The notes: a model not told the origin generated them from the letters alone. A DNA stretch of 64,000 nt from Shewanella sp. (GCA_028223395.1 JAOIUG010000007.1:45-64044), one strand, 5' to 3'. Positions 50,945-62,933 are shown, numbered from the stretch's first letter. Numbers and translations are program-made.

Positions 50945-52276
50945 TTACAGATCGGACTCACGGATATAACGGTATATCTCAGGAGTTTTCTCTGGTTGGG
51001 TGTCGCCAATATGAATTGCTTTTTTTACTGCAGCTTGTGCTTCAGCAAAGGCACCTTCAGATTGAGCGTGTATAAAGGCGATAGGCTTGTCGGCACTGAT
51101 CTCATCGCCAAGGGCGCAAACTTGAGTCAGTCCAACACTGTAATCGAGTGTGTCACCGGGCTTGCGACGTCCGCCACCTAGCGTCACAACGGCAAGGCCG
51201 AGTTCACGCGTATCCATTGCCGTTGCAAAACCGCTTTGGTCAGCGTAAACAGGACGAATAATTCGTGAGTCTGGTAAGTATTTACGGTAATTTTCTACAA
51301 AATCAGTCGGGCCACCAAGACCTGATACCATACGGCCAAATATCTCAGCAGCTTTACCATTATCAAGTACTTCATTGAGTTTGGCACGTGCCTGCGCTTC
51401 ATTACTTGCAATACCACCAAGGGTAAGCATTTCTGCGCAAAGTCCCATTGTCACTTCGTAAAGCCGCGGATTACGGTAAGCACCGGTCATAAAATCAACC
51501 GCCTCTTTTACCTCAACCGCATTACCTGCACATGATGCTAAAACTTGGTTCATGTCCGTTAGCAGCGCGGTTGTTTTAGTACCTGCACCATTAGCAACCG
51601 CCGTGATACTGCGCGCAAGTTCTTCAGATGCTGCGTAGGTTGGCATAAAGGCGCCAGTGCCCACTTTGACATCCATGGCGAGGGCATCAAGACCTGCGGC
51701 AAGCTTTTTAGAAAGAATAGATGCGGTAATAAGCGATATTGACTCTACTGTCGCGGTATTGTCGCGAATAGAGTAAAAGCGCTTATCTGCAGGGACAAGA
51801 TCGCCTGTCTGGCCAATAATTGCTACGCCGGCCTCTTTAACCACTTTGCGAAACAATGCACTGTCAGGCTCAGTATTGTAACCAGGGATAGCATCAAACT
51901 TGTCAAGTGTACCGCCAGTGTGACCAAGGCCGCGACCTGAAATCATTGGCACGTAACCACCACAAGCCGCAGCCATAGGGCCTAACATCAAACTAATGAC
52001 ATCCCCCACACCACCGGTTGAGTGCTTATCGATAATTGGGCCATTAAGATCAAGAGATTGCCAGTCGAGAACCGTGCCAGAGTCTCGCATGGCAGTGGTA
52101 AGCGCGATACGCTCATCCATATTCATGTCGTTGAAATAAACCGCCATACCGAGTGCAGCGATCTGCCCTTCAGATACCGAGTTATTGGTGATGCCATTCA
52201 CAAAGAATTGGATTTCTTCAGTTGAAAGCGCTTCAGCATTGCGTTTTTTACGAATAATTTCTTGAGCTAAAAACAT
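50945..52276 (-). CDS. deoA: Thymidine phosphorylase
   Basis: [24 protein letters not shown] and SILSKK. Confidence 0.97.
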   Translation of the reverse strand: MFLAQEIIRKKRNAEALSTEEIQFFVNGITNNSVSEGQIAALGMAVYFNDMNMDERIALTTAMRDSGTVLDWQSLDLNGPIIDKHSTGGVGDVISLMLGPMAAACGGYVPMISGRGLGHTGGTLDKFDAIPGYNTEPDSALFRKVVKEAGVAIIGQTGDLVPADKRFYSIRDNTATVESISLITASILSKKLAAGLDALAMDVKVGTGAFMPTYAASEELARSITAVANGAGTKTTALLTDMNQVLASCAGNAVEVKEAVDFMTGAYRNPRLYEVTMGLCAEMLTLGGIASNEAQARAKLNEVLDNGKAAEIFGRMVSGLGGPTDFVENYRKYLPDSRIIRPVYADQSGFATAMDTRELGLAVVTLGGGRRKPGDTLDYSVGLTQVCALGDEISADKPIAFIHAQSEGAFAEAQAAVKKAIHIGDTQPEKTPEIYRYIRESDL

Positions 52277-52439
52277 GTATCGTCTCCAAGAATGTAACCA
52301 AATTTCCTATTATGGAATGATTCAGTTAGCAATCAGCTAAAAAGGAATCAAATCCGTAATCAAATTACATGATAACGGACTTTTGATACGCCTAATTAGA
52401 TTTAGATCACACTTAACAACAAGCTTTAAGATGCCAAGA

Positions 52440-53213
52440 TCAGTAACCTTGTGCACCTTGTGGTGCATCGCCTAACTCCAATGTATGAAGTAAGTTAGTT
52501 AATAAGCTAGAAGCGCCAAAACGGAATGTTGCTGGCGTTGCCCAGTCATCACCTAGAAGACGTGCTGCAACACCTAAAAACTCTGCCGCTGCTGCTGCAT
52601 CTTTCACGCCGCCAGCAGGCTTAAAGCCGACTTTGGTATTCTTCTCGCTGATCACTGTCATCATGATTTCAGCCGCTTCAAGGGTTGCGTTAACAGCCAC
52701 TTTACCTGTTGATGTTTTGATAAAATCAGCGCCGGCATCGATAGATAACTCTGATGCTTTACGGATAAGCGCCGGATCAGCAAGTACGCCTGATTCGATG
52801 ATAACTTTTAATATTGCAGCATCACCACACGCTTCTTTACACGCTTTAACCAGCTCAAAACCGACCGTTTCGTTACCCGCCATTAATGCGCGGTATGGGA
52901 ATACTACGTCAACTTCGTCAGCGCCATATGCAACGGCTGCACGCGTTTCTAATACTGCAATTGCAATATCATCGTTACCGTGTGGAAAGTTAGTGACAGT
53001 CGCAATTTTGATATCATCGCCGTCGATTTCATTTAGGGTTTTACGTGCAATAGGAATGAAGCGAGGGTAAATACAAATAGCAGCAGTGTTGCCAGCTGGT
53101 GTCTTGGCTTTATGACAAAGATCAATTACCTTTTGATCGGTATCGTCGTCATTTAGCGTAGTCAGATCCATTAAGTTAATGGCTTGTTGTGCTGCTTTTT
53201 TTAAGTCGCTCAT
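52440..53213 (-). CDS. deoC: Deoxyribose-phosphate aldolase
   Basis: [31 protein letters not shown] and FRFGASSLL; start moved to ATG 53213. Confidence 0.97.
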   Translation of the reverse strand: MSDLKKAAQQAINLMDLTTLNDDDTDQKVIDLCHKAKTPAGNTAAICIYPRFIPIARKTLNEIDGDDIKIATVTNFPHGNDDIAIAVLETRAAVAYGADEVDVVFPYRALMAGNETVGFELVKACKEACGDAAILKVIIESGVLADPALIRKASELSIDAGADFIKTSTGKVAVNATLEAAEIMMTVISEKNTKVGFKPAGGVKDAAAAAEFLGVAARLLGDDWATPATFRFGASSLLTNLLHTLELGDAPQGAQGY

Positions 53214-53308
53214 AATAGCTCTCCGAGACATATTCAAATAGTGAAAATTTATAGAAATTTGTCGTATGGCTACGCTGAGAAGTGGCTATTTTTATTCATC
53301 ATTATTGG

Positions 53309-53456
53309 CCGGGTCTTCGCGCATTGCCAAACTTTAACCGTAAACATTAAAAGCAACATTTATGCTAAAGTTTAAATTCAGGTATCCAACATTGCAGTGC
53401 TACAGCATTGCAATCATCTTGACACAAGTGTCACGACTTGAATCCATGAAGACCGG
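53309..53456 (-). ncRNA. Candidate structured cis-regulatory RNA in the deoC leader (family unassigned)
   Basis: Five nested helices folded by hand; several G-U pairs work only on the deoC sense strand. Confidence 0.4.
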
Positions 53457-53635
53457 GAAGGGAGATACAATTTAGGTCTACCTTTCCGCGAAAAGTCCTT
53501 TTTAACGCGTTGTAAATTTTATATCAGTGTTAATTAATACTTACCTAAACAAGCTATTAAGGATAGTTAATGCTTAAGTAAAAATTAATTTGTTTGCGTT
53601 ACTAACATACCTAAAATTAATGTACTAATCATATA

Positions 53636-53664
53636 GTCAGAGCCGCGATATTCGCGGCTCTGAC
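53636..53664 (-). terminator. Strong hairpin after tsx
   Basis: GTCAGAGCCGCGA-TAT-TCGCGGCTCTGAC; weak U tail. Confidence 0.65.
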
Positions 53665-53693
53665 AGATACTTAACGGTGCTTTAAGCGTTTGC

Positions 53694-54560
53694 TTAGAAC
53701 TTGTAAGTAGCCGTTAGGTAATGAGCAAAACCGGTTGACTCAAGACCAAATGTTCCTTCATCTTTAAGAAGGTATACATCTTTGTATGCTTTTAAACCAT
53801 AACCCAATGCGTAGTTGTCTGAATGCCAGTGTAGACCGAAGTATGCAGCACCACCGCTTGAAGTAAATGTAGTATTTACGAAGTTGCCGTTTTTGTCATA
53901 AGCTTTAACTTCATCTGCACCAAATTGGTAATCAACATAACCTTGGAAAGAGATGAAAGTACCATTGTCAAAGTTAACAACTGGCTTGAACCAGTTCATA
54001 GAGAATTGGTAACCGTTCCATTCTTTAGCATTCATATCGTAGTATGAGTAAAGGTTCATGCCAGTTTTACCTAACCATGGAACCATTACGTCAGCACCGA
54101 TACCTACTGAAGCGTTGTTTACGTCTTCACCGATAACACCGCCACCCCAGTTAAATAGAGTTGAGATGTATACTTCTTGGATTGGACCAGCAGAAAGATC
54201 CCAACCAGTCATTGCATCGATAGAGAAGCGTGGAGCAAATTTCATAAACATCTTGCTCTTGCCAGTACCCGTTGCTTTATCGCCTGAATCACCTGTCGCT
54301 AGGTTGAATACATCAACGTAACCGTATAGGTCAACGATGCCAGCGCGGCCGCCGAATTCCATTTCTAGGTAATCATGTCCGCCATCATCAGCGTCAGAAC
54401 GTGGAAGTTCGTTAAATGCGTACATTGCGTTGAACTGCATCCAGCTGTAATCGCCAGAGCGGATATCTTCGCCGCGATCTGCTGCGAAAGTAGGTGCTGC
54501 CATTGTAGCTGTTGCTGCTAGTGCAGTAGCTAGTGCGATAGTTTTAACATTTTTCATCAT
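53694..54560 (-). CDS. Nucleoside-specific outer-membrane channel (Tsx/OmpK family)
   Basis: Signal peptide, DYLEMEFGGR, LYGYVD, FAPRFSID, NWFKP, C-terminal YKF; lies between nupC and deoC. Start uncertain (54569/54560/54557). Confidence 0.88.
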   Translation of the reverse strand: MMKNVKTIALATALAATATMAAPTFAADRGEDIRSGDYSWMQFNAMYAFNELPRSDADDGGHDYLEMEFGGRAGIVDLYGYVDVFNLATGDSGDKATGTGKSKMFMKFAPRFSIDAMTGWDLSAGPIQEVYISTLFNWGGGVIGEDVNNASVGIGADVMVPWLGKTGMNLYSYYDMNAKEWNGYQFSMNWFKPVVNFDNGTFISFQGYVDYQFGADEVKAYDKNGNFVNTTFTSSGGAAYFGLHWHSDNYALGYGLKAYKDVYLLKDEGTFGLESTGFAHYLTATYKF

Positions 54561-54853
54561 CAACCCCATTTTTTATGGTTTACCGCTCAACTTTATGAAG
54601 AGTCAGCATTTGTTTTTATGGCGCCGCATTTTACTTAATTAATGCCAAATTTCAACACTATTTACATAAAAATACGAACACTATGTTTTAACAAGCAAAC
54701 AAAATCATGAACTTTATAGCAAGTTTGCTCAATGGCTCACAATCTTAAGTAGTAAGCCGGAATAATCGCTAACCGTAGTTATTGATCATGTCGTCAATTT
54801 TATTATTTGGAAAATGATTGATCTCATTACTTTTGCTCTTGCAGAGCAACATC

Positions 54854-54884
54854 TAGACTGAACGACAAACTGTCGTTCAGTCTA
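54854..54884 (-). terminator. Hairpin after nupC
   Basis: TAGACTGAACGACA-AAC-TGTCGTTCAGTCTA. Confidence 0.6.
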
Positions 54885-54891
54885 TTGAGGC

Positions 54892-56166
54892 TTACAATGC
54901 GAGGAATAGACCTGCAAGTGTTGCACTCATTAAGTTTGCTAGCGACGCTGCCATCACGGCACGCATACCCAATTTAGCAAGGTCATGGCGACGGCTAGGC
55001 GCCATAGCACCAAGACCACCAAGTAGGATTGCGATTGAAGATAAGTTAGCAAAACCACACAATGCAAATGAAATGATAGCTTTGGTTCTATCTGTCATTG
55101 CAACGCCCGTTTCAGCCACAACCATTCCACCATCAGCAATATCTTTTAGGTACGGAGCAAAGTTAAGGTAAGCAACAAACTCGTTAACAATGATCTTTTG
55201 ACCAATGAAAGAACCTGCAACCATCGCTTCGTTCCAAGGCACACCGATAAGGAATGCTAAAGGCATGAACAAGTAACCTAAAATAAGCTCTAGAGAAAGA
55301 TTTTCCATCCCAAACAAGCCACCAACGCCACCTAACATGCCATTGATCATAGCAATAAGACCGACGAAAGCTAACAGCATTGCGCCAACATTAAGGGCTA
55401 GATGCATACCAGAAGCTGCGCCAGCTGCTGCAGCGTCAATGACGTTAGCAGGCTTGTCTGTGTCTTCAGGTAAATCGGTCATTTCATTGTTAGTGGTTTC
55501 TGTTTCTGGGTGCATAAGCTTAGCCATCATTAGGCCACCCGGTGCAGCCATAAATGACGCTGCCACTAAGTACTCAATTGGCACCCCCATGCCCGCATAA
55601 CCGGCAAGTACCGCACCAGCAATAGAGGCAAGACCACCCACCATGATGGCGAATAGTTCTGAATTTGTCATTGTCGCAATAAATGGACGTACAACTAATG
55701 GTGCTTCAGTTTGACCCACAAAGATGTTTGCAGTAGCAGACATAGACTCTGTACGGCTAGTGCCCAGTGCTTTTTGAAGACCACCACCGATAAACTTAAT
55801 CACCACTTGCATAATGCCAAGGTAATAAAGTACGGCAATCAAAGAAGAAAAGAAAATAATCACAGGCAATACGCGAATAGCGAAGACAAAGCCTACACCG
55901 TTTGCGAACATCGCATCTGTGCCTAGACCACCAAATAAAAAGTTGATCCCCGCTTGAGAGTAACCAATAACGTTAGCAACGCCTTGTGAAACATCTCCTA
56001 GTATTTGTTCACCCAGTGGTACGTATAATACAAAACCACCAAAAAGAGCTTGGATCCCCAACGCACCGAAAACAGTACGTTTATTAATTGCTTTTTTGTT
56101 ATTCGAAAGCCCGAAAGCAATCGCAAGTAAGGTAACCACCCCTACTAAACTCATTATAATATCCAT
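54892..56166 (-). CDS. CNT-family (NupC-like) nucleoside symporter
   Basis: NIFVGQTEAP, NEFVAY and FALCGFAN motifs. Confidence 0.93.
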   Translation of the reverse strand: MDIIMSLVGVVTLLAIAFGLSNNKKAINKRTVFGALGIQALFGGFVLYVPLGEQILGDVSQGVANVIGYSQAGINFLFGGLGTDAMFANGVGFVFAIRVLPVIIFFSSLIAVLYYLGIMQVVIKFIGGGLQKALGTSRTESMSATANIFVGQTEAPLVVRPFIATMTNSELFAIMVGGLASIAGAVLAGYAGMGVPIEYLVAASFMAAPGGLMMAKLMHPETETTNNEMTDLPEDTDKPANVIDAAAAGAASGMHLALNVGAMLLAFVGLIAMINGMLGGVGGLFGMENLSLELILGYLFMPLAFLIGVPWNEAMVAGSFIGQKIIVNEFVAYLNFAPYLKDIADGGMVVAETGVAMTDRTKAIISFALCGFANLSSIAILLGGLGAMAPSRRHDLAKLGMRAVMAASLANLMSATLAGLFLAL

Positions 56167-56350
56167 TAACCATCACCCTATTGTTAATTTGTTAATACTT
56201 TTTTAATTATGTTGTTACCAACCTTTTCCGAGCTCAATTATACCCGAGCAGAATGCCAAAAGCGTCGAATCGATCAAGTTTTTGAAGTTTTATTTCAACG
56301 ACTTCGTCAATTATTACGACTACACCACCCTTTGTTTTTCACAAATAAAA

Positions 56351-57196
56351 CTAAAGGTCAAAGAGTTGCGAAACATTCAAATACAACTGTTTCGATATAA
56401 GAACATTAGTTTTTTTTTGTAAACTTGCAATTTTTTTAAGCAACAAAGGCAAAATAAGTGGGGTGTTACGAGGGTTTTCACTATTTTTAGGCGCCATTGC
56501 AGGAGAATCGGTTTCCAAGACAAAAGCACTTAGAGGCAGCTCAGCTACCGTCCGCTGTAATTTCTTGGCGCTGTCATTTAACAGCAACCCACCAATGCCT
56601 AATTTATAGCCTAACTGCAAATAACGCCGAGCAAGTTCAGGTCCACCAGAAAAGCCATGGATCACGCCAGCTTTAGGATTATTACTGCATTTGAGTTGTT
56701 TTAGCACCTCTTCATGACTTTTTACACAATGAATAATCAAAGGCAATTCAAACTCTTTAGCCAGCATAACTTGTGCTTTAAATAAGGATAATTGCGTTGT
56801 GAAATTACTTTTATGCAACTTATCCAAACCACACTCGCCTATGGCTACAAGCCGTTTTTGCTGTTGATGTTCAAGTAATAATTGCCGCAATTTTGACACA
56901 CTATGCTGGCTTTGTGATCCACAAAACCAAGGATGTATTCCTAAGGCGAAGGGACAATCATACTGCGCGGCTACACGTATTTGCTTGTGCCAATGAGCTT
57001 CAGATACTCCCGGAATAAGTACTTGAGTGATCCCTTTTGTATGCATTTTCTTAAACAGCGCTGCTCTGTCATGATCAAATTCGCTGAAATCTAAATGCGC
57101 GTGACTATCGATTAAAGGGAGCGGTGCAGATAAATCACTTTGCGTGCTGACGCGGGTTAACATCGGTATTTTGACTCCCTGTTTATTCATTTCCAA
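56351..57196 (-). CDS. TatD-family nuclease (YjjV-like)
   Basis: DSHAHLD, GIHP, IGECGLD, IIH, IHGFSG and ETDSP; start uncertain. Confidence 0.9.
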   Translation of the reverse strand: MEMNKQGVKIPMLTRVSTQSDLSAPLPLIDSHAHLDFSEFDHDRAALFKKMHTKGITQVLIPGVSEAHWHKQIRVAAQYDCPFALGIHPWFCGSQSQHSVSKLRQLLLEHQQQKRLVAIGECGLDKLHKSNFTTQLSLFKAQVMLAKEFELPLIIHCVKSHEEVLKQLKCSNNPKAGVIHGFSGGPELARRYLQLGYKLGIGGLLLNDSAKKLQRTVAELPLSAFVLETDSPAMAPKNSENPRNTPLILPLLLKKIASLQKKTNVLISKQLYLNVSQLFDL

Positions 57197-57311
57197 TTCG
57201 CCTTAACCTCGTTGATTTAGCCTCGTTCAGCCCGCTTGAGCAAAGCGGCGCTTTTAAAGAGAAATATGAGAGTTAAAGATATAGTGGTTTGATTGTTAGA
57301 TCTATTAATAC

Positions 57312-57339
57312 AAAAAAACCCAAGCCTTCGCTTGGGTTT
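57312..57339 (-). terminator. Terminator after prfC
   Basis: AAAAAAACCCAAGC-CTTC-GCTTGGGTTT. Confidence 0.8.
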
Positions 57340-57367
57340 CCTATACTGCAGACCTTAACGATGGGCA

Positions 57368-58948
57368 TTAATTTTCACGGGTTTTTGCAAACTCGATATC
57401 AGGGTAGCGCTCCATTGATAAATTAAGGTTAACCATAGTCGGTGCGATATAGGTCAGGTTATCACCGCCATCAAGGGCTAAGTTCATGCTGCACTTACGC
57501 TTGAAATCATCTAATTTTTTGTGATCATCACAATAAACCCAACGCGCTGTCGCAACGCTAATGGCTTCATAGATAGCTTCAACTTTGTACTCTGTTTTTA
57601 ATCGGCCAACGACCACTTCAAACTGCAATACGCCCACAGCGCCTACAATTAAATCATTGCTATCTAGTGGTCTAAATACCTGTACAGCACCCTCTTCTGA
57701 AAGCTGTACTAAGCCTTTTAGCAGCTGTTTTTGCTTTAATGGATCTTTAAGACGAATACGACGAAACATCTCTGGGGCAAAGTTTGGCACTCCAGTAAAG
57801 CGTAACTTCTCACCTTGGGTGAAGGTATCACCGATACGAATAGTGCCATGGTTATGCAAACCAATAATATCGCCTGGATAGGCCGCCTCTGCGCGGTTTC
57901 GATCGCCCGCCATAAACGTTAATGCATCGCTAACGTTTACATCTTTACCTAAACGCACATGGTGCATTTTCATGCCCTGCTCATAACGACCAGAGCAGAT
58001 CCGCATGAATGCCACGCGGTCACGATGTTTAGGATCCATGTTAGCTTGAATTTTAAATACAAAACCACTGAACTTGGGTTCTGTTGGCTCAATATCTCGC
58101 GCTTCAGTTTCACGAGGCTGCGGGGTAGGCGCCCACTCGACAATGCCATCAAGAATATGATCGACACCGAAGTTCCCTAATGCTGTACCGAAATAAACCG
58201 GCGTTAACTCACCTTTTAAGAATTGTTCGCGATCAAAATCATGCGACGCACCGGCTACCAGTTCCATCTCATCGCGGATCTCATCTGCGTAACTGCCAAT
58301 CGCTTCATCAAGTTCTGGGTTATCGAGACCTTTAATGATTTTGGAGTCTTGTATGGTGTGGCCCATACCATTTTGGTACAAGATCACCTCATCACGTAAA
58401 AGATGGTAAACCCCTTTAAATTCTTTGCCAGCACCAATGGGCCAAGTGATAGGAGCACATTTTATGTTGAGCACCTCCTCAACTTCATCCATTAACTCAA
58501 TAGGATCGCGTATGTCGCGATCGAGTTTGTTCATGAAAGTCACAATTGGCGTATCGCGTAGGCGAGTCACTTCCATTAATTTAATGGTGCGTTGCTCTAC
58601 ACCTTTCGCTGAATCAATCACCATTAAGCAAGAGTCTACCGCGGTCAATGTGCGGTAAGTATCTTCAGAGAAGTCTTCGTGACCCGGTGTGTCAAGAAGA
58701 TTAACTAACGCATCATTGTATGGAAACTGCATGACAGAGGTTGTAATCGAGATCCCACGATCTTTTTCCATCTCCATCCAGTCTGATTTAGCGTGCTGAC
58801 CTGATTTCTTGCCTTTTACTGTGCCCGCTTTTTGTAACGCGTTGCCGAATAAAAGAACCTTTTCAGTAATGGTGGTTTTACCCGCATCTGGGTGAGAGAT
58901 GATGGCGAAAGTGCGACGTTTGTCGACCTCAACTTTATAGCCTGACAT
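57368..58948 (-). CDS. prfC: Peptide chain release factor 3
   Basis: [25 protein letters not shown] and [13 protein letters not shown]; start moved to ATG 58948. Confidence 0.98.
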   Translation of the reverse strand: MSGYKVEVDKRRTFAIISHPDAGKTTITEKVLLFGNALQKAGTVKGKKSGQHAKSDWMEMEKDRGISITTSVMQFPYNDALVNLLDTPGHEDFSEDTYRTLTAVDSCLMVIDSAKGVEQRTIKLMEVTRLRDTPIVTFMNKLDRDIRDPIELMDEVEEVLNIKCAPITWPIGAGKEFKGVYHLLRDEVILYQNGMGHTIQDSKIIKGLDNPELDEAIGSYADEIRDEMELVAGASHDFDREQFLKGELTPVYFGTALGNFGVDHILDGIVEWAPTPQPRETEARDIEPTEPKFSGFVFKIQANMDPKHRDRVAFMRICSGRYEQGMKMHHVRLGKDVNVSDALTFMAGDRNRAEAAYPGDIIGLHNHGTIRIGDTFTQGEKLRFTGVPNFAPEMFRRIRLKDPLKQKQLLKGLVQLSEEGAVQVFRPLDSNDLIVGAVGVLQFEVVVGRLKTEYKVEAIYEAISVATARWVYCDDHKKLDDFKRKCSMNLALDGGDNLTYIAPTMVNLNLSMERYPDIEFAKTREN

Positions 58949-59058
58949 GTATACCTGTAATTCTGGGAGTTCACAAAGGCGGCAATTATAGCTGTTCACC
59001 TAAATTTTGGCTACTGGCGCGGCAGCTTAAAGTAAGGCCAGCGCCTTATTATGCCGCT

Positions 59059-59083
59059 AAAAAAGCCTCCTTTTAGGAGGCTT
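59059..59083 (-). terminator. Terminator after nlpI
   Basis: AAAAAAGCCTCCT-TTT-AGGAGGCTT. Confidence 0.75.
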
Positions 59084-59100
59084 CAAAGCGTACGCTAAAC

Positions 59101-59994
59101 TCAGTTAGCAGTTGAGTTTGCAGCAGCAACGCCTCTTTCAAGCTCAAGCCGCGCATATCGATGTTCAACAAAATCGTAGACGTTAGTTGCTAAAGCTAAC
59201 TTAAAGTAAGTCGCAGCTTGGGTATGATTGCCAAGCTGTTGCGCTCTTTTGGCCATATAAAAGTAAGCTTCACACAATCGCTCTGCATACTCATCAGGCT
59301 GCTTGAGCCCTTTTTTGGCTAATGCAAATACTGCTGCTTCACTTTTCAGCCCCAGGTAGTAATCCACCAAAGCACTTGACCAAGTGTCGGAGTTTAACTT
59401 GGTGCGATGGTCCGCCATCTTAGCTATTGCGGCTTTTTCATCGTTCTCTCTTTCTACAAGGTAAAGCCACAATACTCGATAACCATCTGATTTATCGAGG
59501 TTGTAAAACGTGCGCATGTCTAATAGGGCTAATTCTGTCCGCTGTCCATAATACAAAGAGATCCCGCGATTCAAATAAGCGTAATCATAGTCAGGTGATA
59601 GCTCAAGGACGGCGTCGAATGCTTCATAAGCACTCTCATATTCATTTTCTTGCGTATAGTAAATACCAAGGAAGTTATATGCATCAGCGAGGTTAGGTTG
59701 CAGCTTTAACGCTTGAATAAAATCAATGCGGCTTAAAATGCGCATTCCTAGTCGATCGTAGCTCACTCCGCGATCATACAAAAATCGAGCACGTTGCTCA
59801 GGCGTCAACTCCATGCTTGATAAAATGTCAGTAAGCTTCGCTAAAGTAACCTCTTCCTTATAGCTTGCAGGCACAGGAGCAACTTTAATCGCATCCAGTT
59901 GTTGACTCTCTAATGGGCTCAATGCACACCCACTCAGTGCCATACCGACCCCTGTTATCGCAGCCATTGCCGCAACACGCACTTTTTGATTCAT
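59101..59994 (-). CDS. nlpI: TPR lipoprotein NlpI
   Basis: Lipobox LSGC, RGVSYD, YNFLGIY, LNRGI, LCEAYFY and FVEHRYA; follows pnp. Confidence 0.93.
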   Translation of the reverse strand: MNQKVRVAAMAAITGVGMALSGCALSPLESQQLDAIKVAPVPASYKEEVTLAKLTDILSSMELTPEQRARFLYDRGVSYDRLGMRILSRIDFIQALKLQPNLADAYNFLGIYYTQENEYESAYEAFDAVLELSPDYDYAYLNRGISLYYGQRTELALLDMRTFYNLDKSDGYRVLWLYLVERENDEKAAIAKMADHRTKLNSDTWSSALVDYYLGLKSEAAVFALAKKGLKQPDEYAERLCEAYFYMAKRAQQLGNHTQAATYFKLALATNVYDFVEHRYARLELERGVAAANSTAN

Positions 59995-60119
59995 CCATTT
60001 AACCTTTTGAATTCCGCTATATCGCCAATAATAGCAATCTGACGTTGTGACTGCTATTAAGTAATTAAAATAATGTCATTTGTTATTACCATTGATCCCA
60101 ATTCATTAAAAACAACCAT

Positions 60120-60144
60120 AAAAAAAGGAGGCCATTGGCCTCCT
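60120..60144 (-). terminator. Terminator after pnp
   Basis: AGGAGGCC-AAT-GGCCTCCT-TTTTTT on the minus strand. Confidence 0.8.
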
Positions 60145-60165
60145 CTTGGATATACGCTTTAGCGT

Positions 60166-62271
60166 TTACTCTGCTGCTGGCGCTTCAGCTTTAGGTGCCG
60201 CTTCTTTCATAGAAAGACGCACGCGACCTTGACGATCCACTTCCATCACTTTAACTTTAACTTCTTGACCTACTTCTAGGTAGTCAGACACATTCGCCAC
60301 ACGCTCTTCAGCGATTTGAGAAATATGCACTAGACCATCTTTACCTGGAAGAATTGTCACGAACGCACCGAAGTCAACGATACGAACAACTTTACCGTTG
60401 TACACTGTGCCCACTTCAACTTCAGCAGTGATTTCTTCAATACGACGAATAGCTTCTTTCGTGGCTTCGCCATTTGAAGAAGCAATTTTAACAGTGCCGT
60501 CATCTTCAAGTTCAATCGTAGTGCCCGTCTCTTCAGTCAGTGCACGAATGGTTGCGCCACCTTTACCAATAACATCACGGATCTTCTCAGGATTAATCTT
60601 AAGCGTTGTGATCCGTGGGGCATGATCAGAGATATCGTCACGATGTGAACCAATCGCTTGATCCATTACATTTAGGATATGCACACGCGCGCCATAGGCT
60701 TGCTGTAACGCAATCTGCATGATGTCTTTAGTGATACCTTCAATTTTGATATCCATCTGCAATGCCGTAATACCGTCACGCGTACCCGCCACTTTAAAGT
60801 CCATATCACCAAGATGATCTTCATCACCTAGGATGTCAGAAAGAACAACAAAGTCGTCGCCTTCTTTAACTAGACCCATCGCGATACCAGCAACTGATGT
60901 TTTGATCGGTACACCTGCATCCATCAGCGCAAGTGAAGTACCACAAACAGAAGCCATTGAGCTTGAACCATTTGATTCAGTGATCTCAGATACCACACGC
61001 ACGCTATACGGGAACTCTTCAGCAGAAGGCATAACTGCGTTAATACCACGCCATGCCAGCTTACCGTGACCGATTTCGCGGCGCTTAGGTGAACCAACAA
61101 AACCCGTCTCACCAACTGAGTAAGGAGGGAAGTTGTAATGCAGCATAAAGCGGTTGGTCGTTTCACCCATGATGCTATCAACTTTTTGTGCATCACGCTC
61201 TGTACCTAAAGTACAAGTAACAAGTGCTTGAGTTTCGCCACGCGTAAACAATGAGCTACCGTGTGTACGTGGTAGCACACCCGCCATTACGTTTAGTGCA
61301 CGAACCATATCTGGCTCACGACCATCAATACGTGGGTTACCTGCAATGATACGACTACGTACTACACGTTTCTCTAAACTACCGAGAAGGCCGTCGATTT
61401 CACGTACATCAGCGTCTGGGTTTTCTGCCAGTAACGCTTCTTTTGCAGCGGATTTAATTGCGCCGACTTGCGCGTAACGATCTTGCTTAACTTCAATTTG
61501 GTAGGCTTCAGTAAGACTTGATTCTGCCAAATCTTTAATCTTAGCCACAAGCGCTTGATCTTGAACTGGCGCAGTCCAATCCCAGGCAGGCTTACCCGCT
61601 TCTGCTTTAAATTCGTTAATCGCGTTGATAACAATTTGTTGTTGGTCGTGACCGTAAACCACACCGCCTAGCATCACTTCTTCAGGTAAAGAGGCCGCTT
61701 CTGATTCAACCATCAGAACTGCACCTTCTGTACCAGCTACGACTAAGTCAAGCTGGCTTTCTTCTAGCTGAGTGATATCAGGGTTAAGTACGTATTCGCC
61801 ATCAGTATAACCAACACGTGCAACACCTAGCGGGCCATTAAATGGCAAGCCAGAAATCGCCAACGCAGCAGAAGTACCAATCATTGAAATGATATCTGGG
61901 TTGATTTCAGGATCAACAGAAACAACAGTGATAATCACCTGAACTTCATTTTTGAAACCATTTGGGAACAGTGGACGAATCGGACGGTCAATAAGGCGTG
62001 CAATCAGTGTTTCGCTTTCAGATGGACGGCCTTCACGTTTGAAAAATCCGCCTGGGATCTTACCTGCAGCGTATGTTTTTTCCTGGTAATTAACCGTTAA
62101 TGGGAAAAAATCACGACCAGGCTCTTCTGCTTTTTTACCCACAACAGTGACCAATACAGTGGTATCACCCATGCTAGCTAAAACAGCAGCGTCTGCTTGA
62201 CGTGCAATAACACCCGTTTCTAACGTAACGGTGTGCTGACCATATTCAAAACTCTTTACGATTGGATTCAC
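60166..62271 (-). CDS. pnp: Polynucleotide phosphorylase
   Basis: [34 protein letters not shown] and S1 domains; GTG 62271 is best spaced from AAGGA (ATG 62280 is the alternative). Confidence 0.98.
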   Translation of the reverse strand: MNPIVKSFEYGQHTVTLETGVIARQADAAVLASMGDTTVLVTVVGKKAEEPGRDFFPLTVNYQEKTYAAGKIPGGFFKREGRPSESETLIARLIDRPIRPLFPNGFKNEVQVIITVVSVDPEINPDIISMIGTSAALAISGLPFNGPLGVARVGYTDGEYVLNPDITQLEESQLDLVVAGTEGAVLMVESEAASLPEEVMLGGVVYGHDQQQIVINAINEFKAEAGKPAWDWTAPVQDQALVAKIKDLAESSLTEAYQIEVKQDRYAQVGAIKSAAKEALLAENPDADVREIDGLLGSLEKRVVRSRIIAGNPRIDGREPDMVRALNVMAGVLPRTHGSSLFTRGETQALVTCTLGTERDAQKVDSIMGETTNRFMLHYNFPPYSVGETGFVGSPKRREIGHGKLAWRGINAVMPSAEEFPYSVRVVSEITESNGSSSMASVCGTSLALMDAGVPIKTSVAGIAMGLVKEGDDFVVLSDILGDEDHLGDMDFKVAGTRDGITALQMDIKIEGITKDIMQIALQQAYGARVHILNVMDQAIGSHRDDISDHAPRITTLKINPEKIRDVIGKGGATIRALTEETGTTIELEDDGTVKIASSNGEATKEAIRRIEEITAEVEVGTVYNGKVVRIVDFGAFVTILPGKDGLVHISQIAEERVANVSDYLEVGQEVKVKVMEVDRQGRVRLSMKEAAPKAEAPAAE

Positions 62272-62490
62272 GTGAACCATTCCTTAAATTTAATTACCTT
62301 AATTACGCGCACAAGTATACTGCAAGTTCATCGAATAGATAAAGAGAATAGATTACTGATAAAGCGGAAATATTAATTTAAAAGCAGATCGGTTCGGTAA
62401 CTCAGCAAAGCGCCCACTCACCACGCCATGAACCATGGCTTTTTAAGCGAATGAAATAAAAATAAAACTTATAATATTAAACGGTAAATA

Positions 62491-62517
62491 TAAAAAAAGG
62501 AGGCTAAGCCTCCTTTT
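62491..62517 (-). terminator. Terminator after rpsO
   Basis: AAAAGGAGGC-TTA-GCCTCCTTTTTTT on the minus strand. Confidence 0.8.
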
Positions 62518-62544
62518 ATAGATCAAGCGTTATCTTAATAAAGA

Positions 62545-62814
62545 TTAACGACGTAGACCTAACTTCTTGATCAATTCTTGGTAACGAACATTTTCAGTAC
62601 GCTTAAGGTATGCAAGAAGTTTACGACGTGTGCTAACCATACGCAGTAGACCACGACGTGAATGGTGATCATGGATGTGCTCTTTGAAGTGACCTTGTAG
62701 GTGGTTGATCTGCGCAGTTAGCAGAGCAACTTGAACTTCAGAAGAACCAGTATCATTTTCACAACGACCAAATTCAGCTAGGATTTTAGCTTTCGCTTCA
62801 ACACTTAGTGACAT
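62545..62814 (-). CDS. rpsO: 30S ribosomal protein S15
   Basis: [23 protein letters not shown] and LGLRR; ATG 62814 after a GGAG SD. Confidence 0.98.
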   Translation of the reverse strand: MSLSVEAKAKILAEFGRCENDTGSSEVQVALLTAQINHLQGHFKEHIHDHHSRRGLLRMVSTRRKLLAYLKRTENVRYQELIKKLGLRR

Positions 62815-62872
62815 TTCTATCTCCAAAATAATAATTAAAAATCTTTAGCCGATCACTAACTCAGCCAAAGTG
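62804..62872 (-). promoter_or_regulatory. S15 autoregulatory leader (pseudoknot)
   Basis: CTTTGGCTGA-GTTAGTGA-TCGGCTAAAG hairpin; loop TTAGTGA pairs with ATG-TCACTAA; promoter TTGCTA-17 bp-TAGAAT at 62909-62881. Confidence 0.8.
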
Positions 62873-62933
62873 AGCGCGCTATTCTACCCATTAACCTGGC
62901 CAGTAGCAACCGCATTACTGCGATAAAAAAAAG

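Noticed and set aside
57368-58948. Programmed frameshift in a release factor gene
   Set aside because: That applies to prfB; this is prfC with one continuous frame
59059-62517. Shared AGGAGGC/GCCTCCT stems after rpsO, pnp and nlpI as a repeat family
   Set aside because: Only 7-8 bp are shared, and each is explained as an ordinary terminator
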